A stretch of 64,000 nucleotides of DNA from Callorhinchus milii (lineage: Eukaryota): positions 71,612,001 through 71,676,000 of the forward strand of contig NW_024704742.1 of the NCBI RefSeq assembly GCF_018977255.1, given 5' to 3'. Shown in pieces: positions 62,376 to 64,000 of the stretch. The position numbers were made by a program, and so were the translations under genes. The notes under the pieces are model-generated. The model saw only the letters and a list, made by a program, of their open reading frames with translations, ran no database searches and had not been told where the DNA came from. How positions within the stretch are numbered: the stretch's first letter is position 1; each line of letters begins with the position of its first letter.

Positions 62376-64000
62376 GACTTGGATTCCTCCCGTTCAGACA
62401 TGTCGCACTTTAGCTGCAACGCCATGAGGCAGGGTGTCTTTCCTGGCTGGATTGCGACAATTCCGATTCCTGGCAGGGAATTCCCAGTCCCTTGCAGGAA
62501 AGATGGGGGGTTTCCTGCCCCCTCCCCATGACAACATCTAGAGTAACGTCACTCTCTGCAGGTGGCATGAGTCACTCCATTTCTGGGATCTGAGCAGAAC
62601 ACAGCTGAGCAGGCAAATCAAGGCTTGTCTCTGACTCTCGCTTGCACTTAGTTCAGATTGAATCATTTCCCAGTTTTCCCCTGGGAGTGAATCCCAGAAA
62701 ATTTCACTCCTCTAATGCCATTCTCCTGCTCTCTCTCTCACTCTGTGTCTATCATGTGTGTGTATTGGTGCTTGCTCTGTCACTGGAGCTCTCTATTAAT
62801 AGTAATAATAATAATGCTTGCATTTGATATAGAGTCTTATCACATTGTTGCAATGTCTCAAAGCACTTCACAGAATAAGTGGATTGACCACATTTTTGGG
62901 GGGAGTGAGTGGAGTCCTGTAGTGTAGTGGTTAGCACGCTCGCATCGCAAGCGAGAGGTTCTGGGCTTGATCCCGGGTGGGGTGAAACTTTAGGTAAGTT
63001 TCCTTAATCCACACGCCTCTGTTTACCTAGCAGTAAGTAGGAACTTGGTTGTTAGTCAATTGGTAGATTGCTTTTCTAGAGGTAATAATTCCTTTTTAAA
63101 AAAAATAATAATTTGGTCACTCAACCCACAACTGTTTGTGGGAAACTGCTGTGCACAATTGGCTGCTGCCATTTGCCCACAAAATATACAGTCAATTCAC
63201 TTTACAGTATATTATGTGAAGCGCTTTGAGATGACTGGAAGACGTGATAAAGCGTTATATCAAATGCAAGGATTATTATTATTAACTGCTGAAAGCGATC
63301 TGCAAATCTGTCAACCGGGCTCCTACTTACTGGTGGGTAAACAGAAGGCTGTGGAGTGCGGAAATTTGCCTAAGATTTTGCCCTGTGCTGGAATCGAACT
63401 ACATTCCTCTCACTTGCAAGGCCAGTGCTCTAACCAATATGCTACAGGCCTCAAGATCTTAAGTGATTTAACAATCTAGCCCAGCATCTTGTTTGCCTTG
63501 TTAAATATGGACCTCTCTATGAGATGTTTATAAGATAGATAGACAGAGACTTGGGTGGTGGACATGTCAAGGGGTGCGGCAAAAGGACAGAGCATTGGGT
63601 GTAAAAGAACGGCTGAGATATAATAAACCGGCACAACAGGCTGGATGGAGCGGATAACCTCTATCAGTCCCTGTTTACCTCTCAATAAAAGCCTGATTGT
63701 TCTTCAATAACAAAACATTTTTTGTTAAGACATCTGTTAAGAAATGCATCAAAATAGCATTCTGAAACAACGTGAACTAAAGGACTGTTTCAGGGGGTGT
63801 TTTGCGGGGGTGTTTTTTTGTGTGGGGATGGGGCGAGTGTTGAGGAGAATGGGCAGGGATCTGGGGGTTTGGACAGTTGGCCTCTTGGAGGAGCAAACAT
63901 TGACTGAGAATTATTACAGTTCGTAAATTTGATTCAGCACCTCATCACGTCATCAAAACATCTCTGTCGGAAATGCTGTCCTTTTTGGATGAGGCGTTAA

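Overview
Vertebrate genomic DNA. The repeat repertoire suggests a cartilaginous fish, possibly a holocephalan (inference). The first 10 kb holds the last 12 coding exons of dysferlin (dysf, + strand, 1742-9975). They join with canonical GT-AG introns and matching phases into 1446 nt (481 aa plus stop), covering two C2 domains, the transmembrane helix and the EYAAMKLVKPF C-terminus. The remaining 54 kb has no recognisable host gene. It is a repeat-dense stretch containing two tRNA-headed SINE families that share an L2-like tail, L2 and CR1 LINE fragments, several minisatellites, and an unclassified, strongly structured, plus-strand-biased dispersed repeat. Notable structures are: an internally deleted LTR element with TG...CA ends and a 4-bp TSD that splits an L2 reading frame and carries a ~400-bp palindrome; a ~1.1-kb inverted duplication bracketing ~17.4 kb; a second local inverted duplication; two satellites derived from SINE parts; and non-repetitive islands with a perfect DR5 RARE, a dense nuclear-receptor/Maf site cluster and a posterior-Hox site cluster. 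These islands are candidate long-range enhancers of cyp26b1, the gene lying 3' of DYSF in human; cyp26b1 itself is not in this window. Repeat boundaries are approximate, and nearly all long ORFs in the supplied track are artefacts of simple repeats or LINE remnants.
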